Source: an uncultured Anaerolineales bacterium (lineage in GTDB: Bacteria > Chloroflexota > Anaerolineae > UBA7937). From it: a DNA stretch of 64,000 nt. Below, one piece after another: positions 38,799-49,871 of the stretch (position 1 is its first letter; every line of letters starts with the position of its first letter). Under the pieces are notes generated by a model. The model did not search any database and was not told where the DNA came from. It saw only the letters and a list, made by a program, of their open reading frames with translations. The stretch covers positions 24,566-88,565 of the forward strand of contig CAYLIE010000005.1 in the NCBI GenBank assembly GCA_964383935.1, written 5' to 3'. A program made the translations under genes and the position numbers.

Positions 38799-40004
38799 CT
38801 ACCAGACGGGAAACTCCCCTTGTGCCAGGCGCTGGGTGAAGTCGTAGATGTTGGCCAACTCTCGCTCTATCACCGCCTTGACCTCATCGGATACGGAAGA
38901 TAGGAGGAGGTTAGGCCTCAAGACCAACTGTGCGGAGGCGATGAGGGGTTGGTCGATGGGCTGGCCGATCTGGCTGCAGAGCCAGATATACACCTCACGA
39001 ATCCCAGGCACCTCCTTATAGACCTCATCGGCGATGCAGTGAGTCAAGAGGTTGTAGATCTTCCCCACATGGCTTATGGGGTTCTTCCCCGCTGCCGCCT
39101 CTGTGCTCATGGGGCGGTTGAGGGCGATCACCCCGTTCACCTTGTTCCCCCGCCCCACCTGGCCCCCATCGGCACCCTCGGCGGAGGTCCCCAACACGGT
39201 AAGATACATCCCCGCCTCGCCTCGACCAGGTTGATCCAAGGTGTTTACGTCCACCCGCACATCTTTAAAGCGGAGATCCATGCCCTTGACGAAGTCGCGG
39301 ACCGCGGCTTCTATCTCTCTCTTTTGGGCAAAATACCTCTTTTCGCTCTCTACGAAGCGGTCTACGAAGGCCAGGGCTACGGTGAGGACCAGCCGGCGGT
39401 CGAAGCGGTAACCCATCACCTTGATATCCTCCCCAGCGACGGGGAACTCCTTTTTGAATTCTGGGGAGTTGAGCCGCTTTTCCGTGGCCAGGACGATCTT
39501 TTCCATCTCGGTCATGGGAGCATAGCCCACCGCTGCCGAGGTATCGTTGGCGCCGATGGTCTTCCGCTCGAAGATGTCGGTCAGCTCAGGAGATCCAGGC
39601 TTGATCTCGTTTTGGAAGATGATATGCTCCTCTGGATCCACAAAGCGTAAATTCTCTCGCAGCCACTTCTTGGCTGTCTCTGTGGCGATCTCCCCCACGG
39701 GGATCTTCTTCCCCTCCCACTCGTAGACCGCCCGGTCGCCGAACACCAGGCGCATAGGCTCCTCCATTGTACCGCCGCCGATGCGAGGAGATGTGCGACC
39801 AGCCACCAGCAGGCTTTTATCTATGTTGTGGTGGAGGATGCGACCGAAGGTCCTCATATACTCCCGGGAGAGGGCTACGGAGATCGCCTCCATGATGGCG
39901 TCGCAGATGGAATCGGGATGTCCCAAGCCTTTGCGCTCCACTAACTCCACCTGCTGCTCCTCTACAGGGACTCTGTCCAGGCTCTCAAGTAAAATGTTTC
40001 GCAT
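38799..40004 (-). CDS. mat: S-adenosylmethionine synthetase, archaeal type
   Basis: ORF to 40055; likely ATG at 40004. VELVERKGLGHPDSICD, LHHNIDK, ANDTS, GEDIKVMG, GQVGRGN and EAAAGKNP..HVGKIYN are archaeal-type MAT motifs, not MetK motifs. Confidence 0.93.
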   Translation of the reverse strand: MRNILLESLDRVPVEEQQVELVERKGLGHPDSICDAIMEAISVALSREYMRTFGRILHHNIDKSLLVAGRTSPRIGGGTMEEPMRLVFGDRAVYEWEGKKIPVGEIATETAKKWLRENLRFVDPEEHIIFQNEIKPGSPELTDIFERKTIGANDTSAAVGYAPMTEMEKIVLATEKRLNSPEFKKEFPVAGEDIKVMGYRFDRRLVLTVALAFVDRFVESEKRYFAQKREIEAAVRDFVKGMDLRFKDVRVDVNTLDQPGRGEAGMYLTVLGTSAEGADGGQVGRGNKVNGVIALNRPMSTEAAAGKNPISHVGKIYNLLTHCIADEVYKEVPGIREVYIWLCSQIGQPIDQPLIASAQLVLRPNLLLSSVSDEVKAVIERELANIYDFTQRLAQGEFPVW

Positions 40005-40036
40005 CTTTAACCCCTTTGCTTGTTTTGAGCTATCAG

Positions 40037-41946
<1,910 letters not shown>

Positions 41947-41953
41947 GACTTGA

Positions 41954-42757
41954 TCAAACCTTTGATCGCTTCTTAGACCACCCTGAAGAGCCCTTTCTAC
42001 GCACCCCCAAGGCCTCGATGAAAGGACAATATTCCCTGAAACCAAGCCTCTTGTAAAGCCTGAGGGCTACTTCGTTGCTTTGAGCCACGTTGAGGACGAT
42101 CTCCAGAGAACGGCTCAACAGTTCCTCAGCCACAGCGCTAGTGCAAGCGGTAGCGTACCCTTGGCCTCGGTGGTTAGGATGGGTGAAGATATTCCCCATC
42201 GCCGCTATCCGGTAGGTGGGAGAGACGAGATGGGTGCCGGCTACGGAGACCAGTTCACCTCCCACCTCTACGCCGTAGTAAATCCCCGAATCTAACTGAT
42301 AGGAAGCGAAGACCCCCTCCCCTCTATATAGCCGCTGCAAGGAGGGCAGATGTCGTGGTGATAACCTGATCACCCGCCCATCGTGGGGACGGAAATCTCC
42401 TGGCTCTAAGACCATGCGCAGCATATCCCCTAGCGGTCCTAAGGAGAAGGCTTCTTGAAAGAGGGAAAGGTACGCCGGTCGACCGGTGAGGTAGGCCCGT
42501 TCCGGCAGCGTCCCCTCTCCAAGGAGAGGGACGAGACCCTCGCTGGAGCCCATAGCGAAGAGGGCGTGCGGCCTGAGCCCTCTGAACCGAAGGGTTAAAG
42601 CCGTCTTTCGGCCATCTTGCACGGAGACGTGCCAGGTGCATAACTCGAAGAGGCCAGGTTCCAAGTCGCCGATGGCGTATGCCGCATAGTGCCGGTCCTG
42701 AGCCAAGAAGGTATAGATATCCCTTTTGTCTTGGAGTTCCCTCACCTCTACACTCAC
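41954..42757 (-). CDS. GNAT family acetyltransferase (FR47-like C-terminal domain)
   Basis: GNIFTHPNHRGQGYAT motif A; N..ALRLYKRLGF. Confidence 0.88.
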   Translation of the reverse strand: MSVEVRELQDKRDIYTFLAQDRHYAAYAIGDLEPGLFELCTWHVSVQDGRKTALTLRFRGLRPHALFAMGSSEGLVPLLGEGTLPERAYLTGRPAYLSLFQEAFSLGPLGDMLRMVLEPGDFRPHDGRVIRLSPRHLPSLQRLYRGEGVFASYQLDSGIYYGVEVGGELVSVAGTHLVSPTYRIAAMGNIFTHPNHRGQGYATACTSAVAEELLSRSLEIVLNVAQSNEVALRLYKRLGFREYCPFIEALGVRRKGSSGWSKKRSKV

Positions 42758-42761
42758 CAGA

Positions 42762-43691
42762 TCAGGCCTCCAAAGGTTCGAAATGGGTAAAATGCTTAAA
42801 CTCTTGATACCGGCCCTCGATCTCCTCCCAAGTCAGGCGGCGCAAGCGATCTATGCTGAACTCTTCCACCGCAAAGGAGGCCACGACGCTACCATGGACG
42901 ATAGCCTGCTTGATGCATCCATCCGAGCAATCGCCCTGCCGGGCTAGGTGGCCGATGAAGCCGCCAGCGAAACTATCCCCCGCTCCTGTGGGGTCGCTTA
43001 TCTTCTCCAAGGGATAGGCGGGGACGAAGAAAAAAGCGTCGCGAGGGTCTTCATTGGCACAGAACATAGCCGCCCCGTACTCCCCCTTCTTGACCACCAC
43101 CACCCGAGGCCCCAGGCTCAAGATCTTCCGAGTGGCCCGGACGAGGCTAAAGGTGTTAGCGTACTGCCGGGCTTCATCTTCGTTGATCATCACGATGTCC
43201 ACAGCCGCCATAGCCTCGGCGAGGGCTCCCTTCTTATAGTTGATCCAGTAGTTCATGGTATCGAGAACCACGAGCCGGGGGGCCCTCACCTGCTCCAAGA
43301 CCTCCAGCTGAAGATGAGGGTCGATATTGGCCAGAAAGACGTACTTGGAGGCCCTATACTCCTCCGGCAACCGGGGATGGAAGGAGGCGAAGACGTTCAA
43401 TTGCGTATCTAGGGTCTCCGCGGCACCCAGATCGTAGTCGTACCGCGCCGACCAACGGAAGGTCTTCCCCCTCGCCACCTGTAACCCTTTCAGGTCCACT
43501 CCCCTCTCTTCGAGGAAGTCGATATGCTCCTGGGGAAAATCGGTGCCCACCACGGCCACCAGGTTCACCGGAGCATAAAGGCTGGCCGCGATAGAGAAAT
43601 AGGTGGCCGTGCCACCCAAAGCCTCCTTCACCCGACCAAAGGGGGTCTGGATCGAATCCAAGGCCACGGAGCCGACTACCAAGATGCTCAA
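42762..43691 (-). CDS. PfkB/ribokinase-family kinase (nucleoside-kinase-like)
   Basis: [34 protein letters not shown]. Confidence 0.92.
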   Translation of the reverse strand: MSILVVGSVALDSIQTPFGRVKEALGGTATYFSIAASLYAPVNLVAVVGTDFPQEHIDFLEERGVDLKGLQVARGKTFRWSARYDYDLGAAETLDTQLNVFASFHPRLPEEYRASKYVFLANIDPHLQLEVLEQVRAPRLVVLDTMNYWINYKKGALAEAMAAVDIVMINEDEARQYANTFSLVRATRKILSLGPRVVVVKKGEYGAAMFCANEDPRDAFFFVPAYPLEKISDPTGAGDSFAGGFIGHLARQGDCSDGCIKQAIVHGSVVASFAVEEFSIDRLRRLTWEEIEGRYQEFKHFTHFEPLEA

Positions 43692-44764
43692 GATGCTCCT
43701 CCTATTATCCGGGAAGCCTGTACCGCCTTTCGCAACCCCTCTTCAAAGGGCGGGCGTATCACTCCGTGTTCGGTGATGATGCCCGTGAGGTAACGATGAG
43801 GAGTGATATCGAAAGCCGGGTTGGCCACCGGTACCCCCTGGGGGGCGATCCTCTGTCCCCGAATATGGGTTACCTCGCTGGCATCCCTCTCCTCGATGGG
43901 GATCTGAGCCCCGGAGGGAAGCGAGAGGTCGATGGTCGGAGTGGGGACTACGGCGTAGAAGGGGACGCCGTTCTCCTTGGCTATCACGGCTAATTTATAA
44001 GTGCCGATCTTGTTGGCCACGTCTCCGCTGGCGGCCACCCGATCGGCTCCCACGAGGATGATATCCACCTTGCCCGTCTGGATGAAATACCCCGCCGCGT
44101 TGTCGGCGATTAGGGTCAGAGGGATCCCCTCACGCATCAGTTCCCAGGCCGTGAGCCTGGCCCCTTGAAGACGAGGACGGGTCTCATCCACGTAGACGTG
44201 AATCCGCTTTCCCTGAGCGTGAGCCATCCTTATAGGCGCTAGAGCGGTGCCGTAATCCACGGTGGCCAGGGCCCCGGCGTTACAGTGGGTTAGGATGTTA
44301 TCCCCATCGGAGATCAACTCCGCCCCGTGCTCTCCCATCCGTTTGTTGATCTCCACATCCTCAAAGGCCATAGCCTCCGCCTCGGCAACCAAAGCCTCCT
44401 GAATCTGGCCCACATCTTCCAACCTCTCATCTCTGGCCCCTCTCAACATCCTCTCCAAGGCCCAAAAGAGGTTCGAGGCTGTGGGCCGGGTCCGGCGCAG
44501 CGTCTCGGAGGCCTCCTCCAGGTCAGAGAGTAAAGCCTCCCGAGTTTTCGCCCTGCTTCTGGCAGCAGCGAGAGCCAAGCCATAGGCCGCGGCTGCACCT
44601 ATCGCCGGAGCCCCGCGGATATACATCTCTCGGATAGCCTGGGCTACACTTCTATAATCGTCGAACTCTACGATCAGGTACTCATCGGGGAGCCTCCGCT
44701 GGTCGATCATCCGTACCCGGCCATCTTTCCACTCGATGCTCCTCAGGGCTCCACCTCCACTCAA
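43688..44764 (-). CDS. mtnA: Methylthioribose-1-phosphate isomerase
   Basis: [50 protein letters not shown]. The track start at 44839 lies inside the riboswitch leader; the real start is TTG 44764 or CTG 44746 (SD GGAGG 7 nt upstream). Confidence 0.95.
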   Translation of the reverse strand: MSGGGALRSIEWKDGRVRMIDQRRLPDEYLIVEFDDYRSVAQAIREMYIRGAPAIGAAAAYGLALAAARSRAKTREALLSDLEEASETLRRTRPTASNLFWALERMLRGARDERLEDVGQIQEALVAEAEAMAFEDVEINKRMGEHGAELISDGDNILTHCNAGALATVDYGTALAPIRMAHAQGKRIHVYVDETRPRLQGARLTAWELMREGIPLTLIADNAAGYFIQTGKVDIILVGADRVAASGDVANKIGTYKLAVIAKENGVPFYAVVPTPTIDLSLPSGAQIPIEERDASEVTHIRGQRIAPQGVPVANPAFDITPHRYLTGIITEHGVIRPPFEEGLRKAVQASRIIGGAS

Positions 44765-44792
44765 AAAATTAGGGCCGGTCTTGCTCCGGCCC
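44765..44792 (-). terminator. Second terminator-like hairpin in the mtnA leader
   Basis: GGGCCGG-AGCAAGA-CCGGCCC followed by TAATTTTTT. Confidence 0.5.
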
Positions 44793-44801
44793 AAACGCTT
44801 C

Positions 44802-44832
44802 AAAAAGGAACTCTCCCGCCCAGGGAGAGAAA
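44802..44832 (-). terminator. Riboswitch expression-platform terminator
   Basis: CTCTCCC-TGGGC-GGGAGAG followed by TTCCTTTTT. The 5' arm can alternatively pair with GAGAGAG from the P1 3' strand (antiterminator). Confidence 0.8.
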
Positions 44833-44843
44833 GCAACATGACT

Positions 44844-45042
44844 CTCTCATCTTCCAGATCCCAACCCTACATCTGGGAAACCACCATCGCTATTTGTTTC
44901 CCTGAGCATGAGACCTGTCGGAATTAGCACCGAAACTGCGGGTTGTGGCTTGAGCCTCAGTCGGGATGGGCGACTGCCGGCTCCCCCACAGAAGGTTGCC
45001 GGGGCTTCAGTGGGCCGGTCCCTCCACCCCTCTAGATAAGAG
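44844..45042 (-). ncRNA. SAM-I (S-box) riboswitch with long P3 and P4 insertions
   Basis: CTTATCTAGAG-GGGTGGAGGGACCGGCCCACTGAAGCCCC-GGCAACC...GGTGCTAATTCC..CAG...CTGGAAGATGAG: all core S-box motifs in order, upstream of mtnA/ahcY/mat. Confidence 0.93.
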
Positions 45043-45050
45043 ATGACGTC

Positions 45051-45079
45051 ATCTTAGCATAGTAGTGATTTTTTGTCAA
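45051..45079 (-). promoter_or_regulatory. Promoter of the SAM-I riboswitch operon
   Basis: TTGACA (45079-45074), 17 nt spacer, TG-extended TAAGAT (45056-45051); the predicted TSS falls just before the aptamer. Confidence 0.85.
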
Positions 45080-45453
45080 GCACGAGTAATCGAGAAATTG
45101 TATTCACCGGTTGGTTCCTGCACCTGGTATGTCTCGGATGCACGGTATCGGCGGGCTCACCTCTGCATTGCTCAGCGACTCATTATGGCTCCATTCATCT
45201 GCTCCCCGGCGCATCCAACCTAGCATATCCCCCCTGACCTCTTGGCGGGTCTTACAGCGGGTAGGAGAGAGTGAGGAAGCGAAAAGAAGCGCCTCAGCAC
45301 TCCTTACAGGATCCCATGGGAAAGGCAAGGATGGTGGCCTTAGATGGGGAAAGAGACAGTACACCCTGGCCGCCCAGGATGCAGAGCGAGGAGAGTGGCT
45401 AGCCATGAGGGGCAGCGAGAGCCGGGATGAGGAGGCCTCGGCCTGTGGCGACC

Positions 45454-45726
45454 CTATGGTTGAGGAGTCGCGATCACGACATAACTTGGGGCAGAAAGCC
45501 TCAAAGACCAACCCACGCATTGGGGGTTAGGGGGATAGCAATAGCCGCCTTGACGGCCAGACCGCGCCATCCGCCACATAGGCTCATCTACCTGGGTGGT
45601 TATCCAGGAAAAGCCATCTCTGCGGAAGCGGTCTTCAGGCCGGTTCTGGTAATACCTCTCGATTGCAGTTCTGAACTTGTCCAGCCAGGGAGGAGAAACT
45701 ACCGCGTTACAGGCGCTCTTCGTCAT
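45454..45726 (-). CDS. Hypothetical protein or pseudogene fragment downstream of the XRE regulator
   Basis: 90-aa ORF starting 9 nt after the XRE stop; no recognised motif. Confidence 0.3.
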   Translation of the reverse strand: MTKSACNAVVSPPWLDKFRTAIERYYQNRPEDRFRRDGFSWITTQVDEPMWRMARSGRQGGYCYPPNPQCVGWSLRLSAPSYVVIATPQP

Positions 45727-45734
45727 CTTGTTTC

Positions 45735-46040
45735 CTAATCCCCCTGTTTGCGCAGAGGCGCTTCCGTGAGTAAGGTTTGTAGAGGAGTAGTGGCAGGCAC
45801 GAAATAGACGGCCTTGGCGGGCTTATCGCTCTCATAACCAGCCACGTCTATCATCACGTATCCATGGAGATCGAGTTCCTCGAGGATCCTCTTGAGAGTT
45901 GGCATCCGGGGCAGGGCGCTTTTCCCCTTTTCTATATTTCCCACTTGACCAAGTGTCAAACCCACTCGACGGGCCAATTCTTCACGAGACAACCCCCTAA
46001 CCTCACGGGTAGTCCTAATACGCTTTCCTAGAACCATCAT
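45735..46040 (-). CDS. XRE-family helix-turn-helix regulator
   Basis: LGKRIRTTREVRGLSREELARRVGLTLGQVGNIEKGKS HTH_3 pattern; likely ATG at 46040; AT-rich upstream stretch at 46075-46110. Confidence 0.85.
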   Translation of the reverse strand: MMVLGKRIRTTREVRGLSREELARRVGLTLGQVGNIEKGKSALPRMPTLKRILEELDLHGYVMIDVAGYESDKPAKAVYFVPATTPLQTLLTEAPLRKQGD

Positions 46041-46640
46041 TCCACCCACGGAGACCTCCAAATCAGATGATAGCAATTAAGTTAGATGTAATTAAATTAT
46101 ATATTGCTTCTCCGAAAGGTCAAGTCCCAACCATACGTGATAGAGCCACTTGGATGTCGTCGCCTCCCATCTTGTGTCGTACTATGCTGACATAAGTGGA
46201 ACCATCTTCACATAATCTTAGAGGCTAATGCGGCTCACCTCGTTCGCCCAAATTGCCTTCGGCGACTTCGCAAATATACAAAGCGCTATGCGACATCACT
46301 CTTCCGCAGGGCTATCCATCTGGTGGCAGAGTGGGAGAAGGAATGTTGGGTGTGACCGCCCCATAACTGATCACTTGGCCGCCATGAGGACATCTCAGTA
46401 AGAACGGGCCCTTCCGAGCGAGGTAGACTATTTGCTCACTATCAGCGACCTGATCATCGATGTAGAGTGTGGCTGACAAACCTCGCCTCCCCTTAGCCAG
46501 GGAAGTGGCTTGCTTCAAGATAATGAAATAACACCTGGCTCACTATAAACCAGCCTTATTGGTGGTATAAAGTGGTGCTTGGGTACGCTCCGCAGCAGCC
46601 TAACGTGGTTTGCCCAAATGGCAGAGGTGAGGGCGCAACT

Positions 46641-49600
46641 TCACTTCACTCTAAGCATGGAGAGTTGGCAGAAGTCGTCGGGACTTAAGATGTCCATGTT
46701 GGGTTCCTGGGAGGGCGGATAGTCACTCAGTAGCCCCTCCTGGGTAGGGCTGGCGTCGATGGGCCAGGCTAGGTCGATGATCCGGGTATGATTGGTATCA
46801 CCCAGCCCGCCACCGATGCGCCACTGCTCCGCCTGCGGCTTCACGTCCCGCACTCGACGGACGCCGGTGGAAGGGAACCCATCCTGACTCAGCAGCAGGC
46901 CGACGTAGGCCCAGGTGGTGGGGTCCATCCCCTCACCGAAGATGCTCTTGGGTAGGCGGATGGTTGCCTGTCGGTTCGGCGCGTCCACGATCACCTTGAC
47001 CGGCGTGCCCGACATCTCCACTGGTTTCCCTTTCTCATCCGGGGTCAGCACCTTCTGGTGCCACCCTTCGACCCAGATGGCGTACTCCCAGCCGTCCCCT
47101 TGCTCCAGCGCCGCGTTGCGCCCTTCCAGCAGCAGCCGGGCACCAGTGCCCGCACCGGGATCGGTGTCGATATAGATGTCGAATGTCTGCACCGAGAGAT
47201 TGATGCCCGACCCCCAGACATTGTTGATGGGGCCGTGGAGCTTGAACTTGAAGATCAGGTTCTTCTCGTCGTGAGCGACGGTGAAGGTGTCAATGTCGAA
47301 GACGCCAGGCTCGAACACCTTGTCGGTGGGATAGGTGTAGGAGCCGGGGCCGTGGTCGTCGCCCGCAGGGTCAACGACTTCCAGGATCACCTCCGCCAGC
47401 CCCAGGTCGGGGATGACCACCTCGGCCGGGCCGGCGCTGGGCACGGTCGCCAGGTCACGGGCCGGCTCGCTGGCCACCGCCAGCATCTTCATGATGTCAC
47501 CCGGCTCCGCCTCGCCCAGCAGCTCCATCGGCAGCGCCAGCTCGATGACGTTACCCTCTGCTGCCACCATCTCCAGCGGTTGGACAGGTTCCCACGCGCC
47601 ATACCTGCCGACCTGCCAGAACTGGGCCGTGGGCACGTCACCCGTTAGCGTCGTTTCCACCAAGTAGCCAGCTCGGAAGCCGAGCAGCGTTTTCTGCTCC
47701 TGCTCAGCGCGCAGGCGGGTAAGAGCGTTGGCGTTCGGTTGGTGGGGCAGCGACAGGTAGACGCTGGCCATCGCCCCGTCGCCCAGGACCGCCCAATCTT
47801 GGCGGGCATCCAGGCGGAAGTAGAGGTTCTTGGCGTCGAAGCCGTAGTAGAAGGCGGCGATCACGTCCTCAGCCCTGGCCTGCGCCCCACCCCGCACCTC
47901 GTGATATCCGGCCATCACCCATTCCTCGGCCTCGGCCACGCCGTTAATGGTGGGGGTGAAAGGACCTGCGACCCCCCTGGTGGGCGGCACTGGCCGTCTG
48001 GGGATGATGGGCACCTGGAGTAAGTCGGGCACGGGCTCATCCAACGCCTTGTAGACCTCAGCCAGCAGGGCCCGATAGGCGGTGTCAAAGTACTCGTCCA
48101 CCCCCGAGTCCTGATCGGCCCCGTACCACCAGAACCAGTCGGAGCCCTCGGCCAGATAGATGAAGTCCAGCGCTTTGGCCAGCTTCTCCGGCGTGGTCTG
48201 CTTCTTCTTGTAGAAATCGTACTGAGCCAGGTCGTGGCGTGCCTTGCCCAGGTAATTCCAGGCCGTGGTCTCCTCCGGTTCGCCGATCCAGGTGCCGTAG
48301 TCGGAACTGAACCAGGCCCCCGGCCAGAGGTCTTCGATCTGGCGCTGGTCGGAGAACTTCTTCAGGTATTCGGAAGGGGTGATGGTCTGGATGGTCTTGC
48401 TCTCCGACAGCCTAGTGTACAGGGCGTGGAAGAAAGCTTTGCCGTCGTTGGAGTAATACTCCCAGGCGTTCTCGCCATCCAAGATGACGCTGACCAGGTG
48501 TGGCCCTTCGGCTCCTTGCGCCTTCAGGCGCTGCCGGATCGCCTCCAGCCGGTTCATGAAATCTTGGGTCGCCTCCTCCCCGGGTGTGCCGGAGTATTCG
48601 AAGCCGATGAGATCGGAGAGACGCAGGTCGCGGAAGACGACGCCCACCTTAGGGCCGTCTCGGAACTGTACGTAGTAGGGGCGGTAGAGAGCATCGGCCT
48701 CCTGCACGGTCTCGTTGCTATCGCGAGTGAAACCGTCCATCCCCAGCGATTTGGCCAGGACATGCTCGCCGGTGGCCATCCAGGTGTATCCCGCGTCGGC
48801 AACGAGATTAACGATGTCTTGGGCCACGGCACCCTCGGCCGGCCAGAGACCTCTCGGCTTGCGCCCGTAGTGGGTTTCATAAATCTCCACGCTCTTGGCC
48901 AAGTGAGCGATGGCATCTTGGGGATAGGAGAACCGCTCCGGTAGCTCCGCCCCCGGGTCGCCCACGCCCGCCAGGTCGCTGTTGTAGATCAACGGGAGGA
49001 TGGGATGGGCATAAGGGGTAGTTATGACCTCGATCTGTCCCTTATCCTGCAGCTCCTTGTGCTTGGGGATGACCGTTTTGATCACCTCCAGTACCTTATC
49101 GAAGATGATCTTCTTGTCAGCCTCACTGAAGTCGCGGCCCTTCTCCACCAGGCTCTTGAGCGGCTCTTCGACCAGGAAGTCGGGATCGAACCAAGCCAGG
49201 TTGAACCAGACCTGCAGGTCGCGGAAGTCCTGTTCGGAGAAAGCCTTCAATGCGGCTTCGATCTCTTCGTCGGAGCTCCCTTCTCGCTTGTTCAGCAACT
49301 CCTTGTAGCGGGGAAAGCGACCGATCATGTTGGTCCAGTTGGCGTCGAAGAAGCGGCGCAGGACGAACCGTTTATCGTCGTCGCTCAGTTGGTCGGCCGG
49401 CCTTTCCGCCAGCACCCAGTAAATGTCCTTGGCGCCGGCGGCGAAATCGTCCAGTTGCCGGATCAGCACTGGGGTCAGGTTGAAGGTCAGGTGCAGCTCG
49501 GGGTACTGCTCCAGTATGGCCACCATGTCGTAGTAGTCCTTGGTGGCGTGCACCCGCACCCAAGGTCGGGTGTAGATGCCTGTCTTGGGGTCTTTGTAGT

Positions 49601-49766
49601 ATAGCGGCTGATGCTGGTGCCAGATGATGGCTAGATAGAGAGGCTCCTCTTCCGCCACGGGCGTGGTCGTAGGGGTAGGTGAAGGGGTAGGTGATGGCAG
49701 GCAACCGATCAAAAGCGTGGAGAGAGAGAAGGCTCCCAAGAGAGCGATAAAGGTTATCCTTTTCAC
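46641..49766 (-). CDS. apu: GH57 amylopullulanase lipoprotein with C-terminal glucodextranase-like domain
   Basis: Likely GTG at 49766 (SD AAGGAGG). Lipobox LLIGC, Pro/Thr linker, WHQHQP, WPAEGAV (nucleophile Glu), ILDGENAWE (acid/base Asp), AEGSDWFWW; C-terminal DPAGDDHGPGSYTYPT domain. Confidence 0.92.
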   Translation of the reverse strand: MKRITFIALLGAFSLSTLLIGCLPSPTPSPTPTTTPVAEEEPLYLAIIWHQHQPLYYKDPKTGIYTRPWVRVHATKDYYDMVAILEQYPELHLTFNLTPVLIRQLDDFAAGAKDIYWVLAERPADQLSDDDKRFVLRRFFDANWTNMIGRFPRYKELLNKREGSSDEEIEAALKAFSEQDFRDLQVWFNLAWFDPDFLVEEPLKSLVEKGRDFSEADKKIIFDKVLEVIKTVIPKHKELQDKGQIEVITTPYAHPILPLIYNSDLAGVGDPGAELPERFSYPQDAIAHLAKSVEIYETHYGRKPRGLWPAEGAVAQDIVNLVADAGYTWMATGEHVLAKSLGMDGFTRDSNETVQEADALYRPYYVQFRDGPKVGVVFRDLRLSDLIGFEYSGTPGEEATQDFMNRLEAIRQRLKAQGAEGPHLVSVILDGENAWEYYSNDGKAFFHALYTRLSESKTIQTITPSEYLKKFSDQRQIEDLWPGAWFSSDYGTWIGEPEETTAWNYLGKARHDLAQYDFYKKKQTTPEKLAKALDFIYLAEGSDWFWWYGADQDSGVDEYFDTAYRALLAEVYKALDEPVPDLLQVPIIPRRPVPPTRGVAGPFTPTINGVAEAEEWVMAGYHEVRGGAQARAEDVIAAFYYGFDAKNLYFRLDARQDWAVLGDGAMASVYLSLPHQPNANALTRLRAEQEQKTLLGFRAGYLVETTLTGDVPTAQFWQVGRYGAWEPVQPLEMVAAEGNVIELALPMELLGEAEPGDIMKMLAVASEPARDLATVPSAGPAEVVIPDLGLAEVILEVVDPAGDDHGPGSYTYPTDKVFEPGVFDIDTFTVAHDEKNLIFKFKLHGPINNVWGSGINLSVQTFDIYIDTDPGAGTGARLLLEGRNAALEQGDGWEYAIWVEGWHQKVLTPDEKGKPVEMSGTPVKVIVDAPNRQATIRLPKSIFGEGMDPTTWAYVGLLLSQDGFPSTGVRRVRDVKPQAEQWRIGGGLGDTNHTRIIDLAWPIDASPTQEGLLSDYPPSQEPNMDILSPDDFCQLSMLRVK

Positions 49767-49871
49767 CTTCCCACCTCCTTTGGCAACCGGAGCATCGTCT
49801 CCCGCGACCGGCTCAAGCCAGTAGACAATGATCGATGTCATCACAACCAGACTACAGCGTTGAGGACAAAC

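Noticed and set aside
41947-42045. Apparent 92-nt overlap between the GNAT and Nudix genes
   Set aside because: An ATG at 41946, just after the GNAT stop, removes the overlap.
44765-44839. N-terminal extension of mtnA in the ORF track ([10 protein letters not shown]...)
   Set aside because: It overlaps the riboswitch terminator; conserved MtnA sequence starts at LRSIEW.
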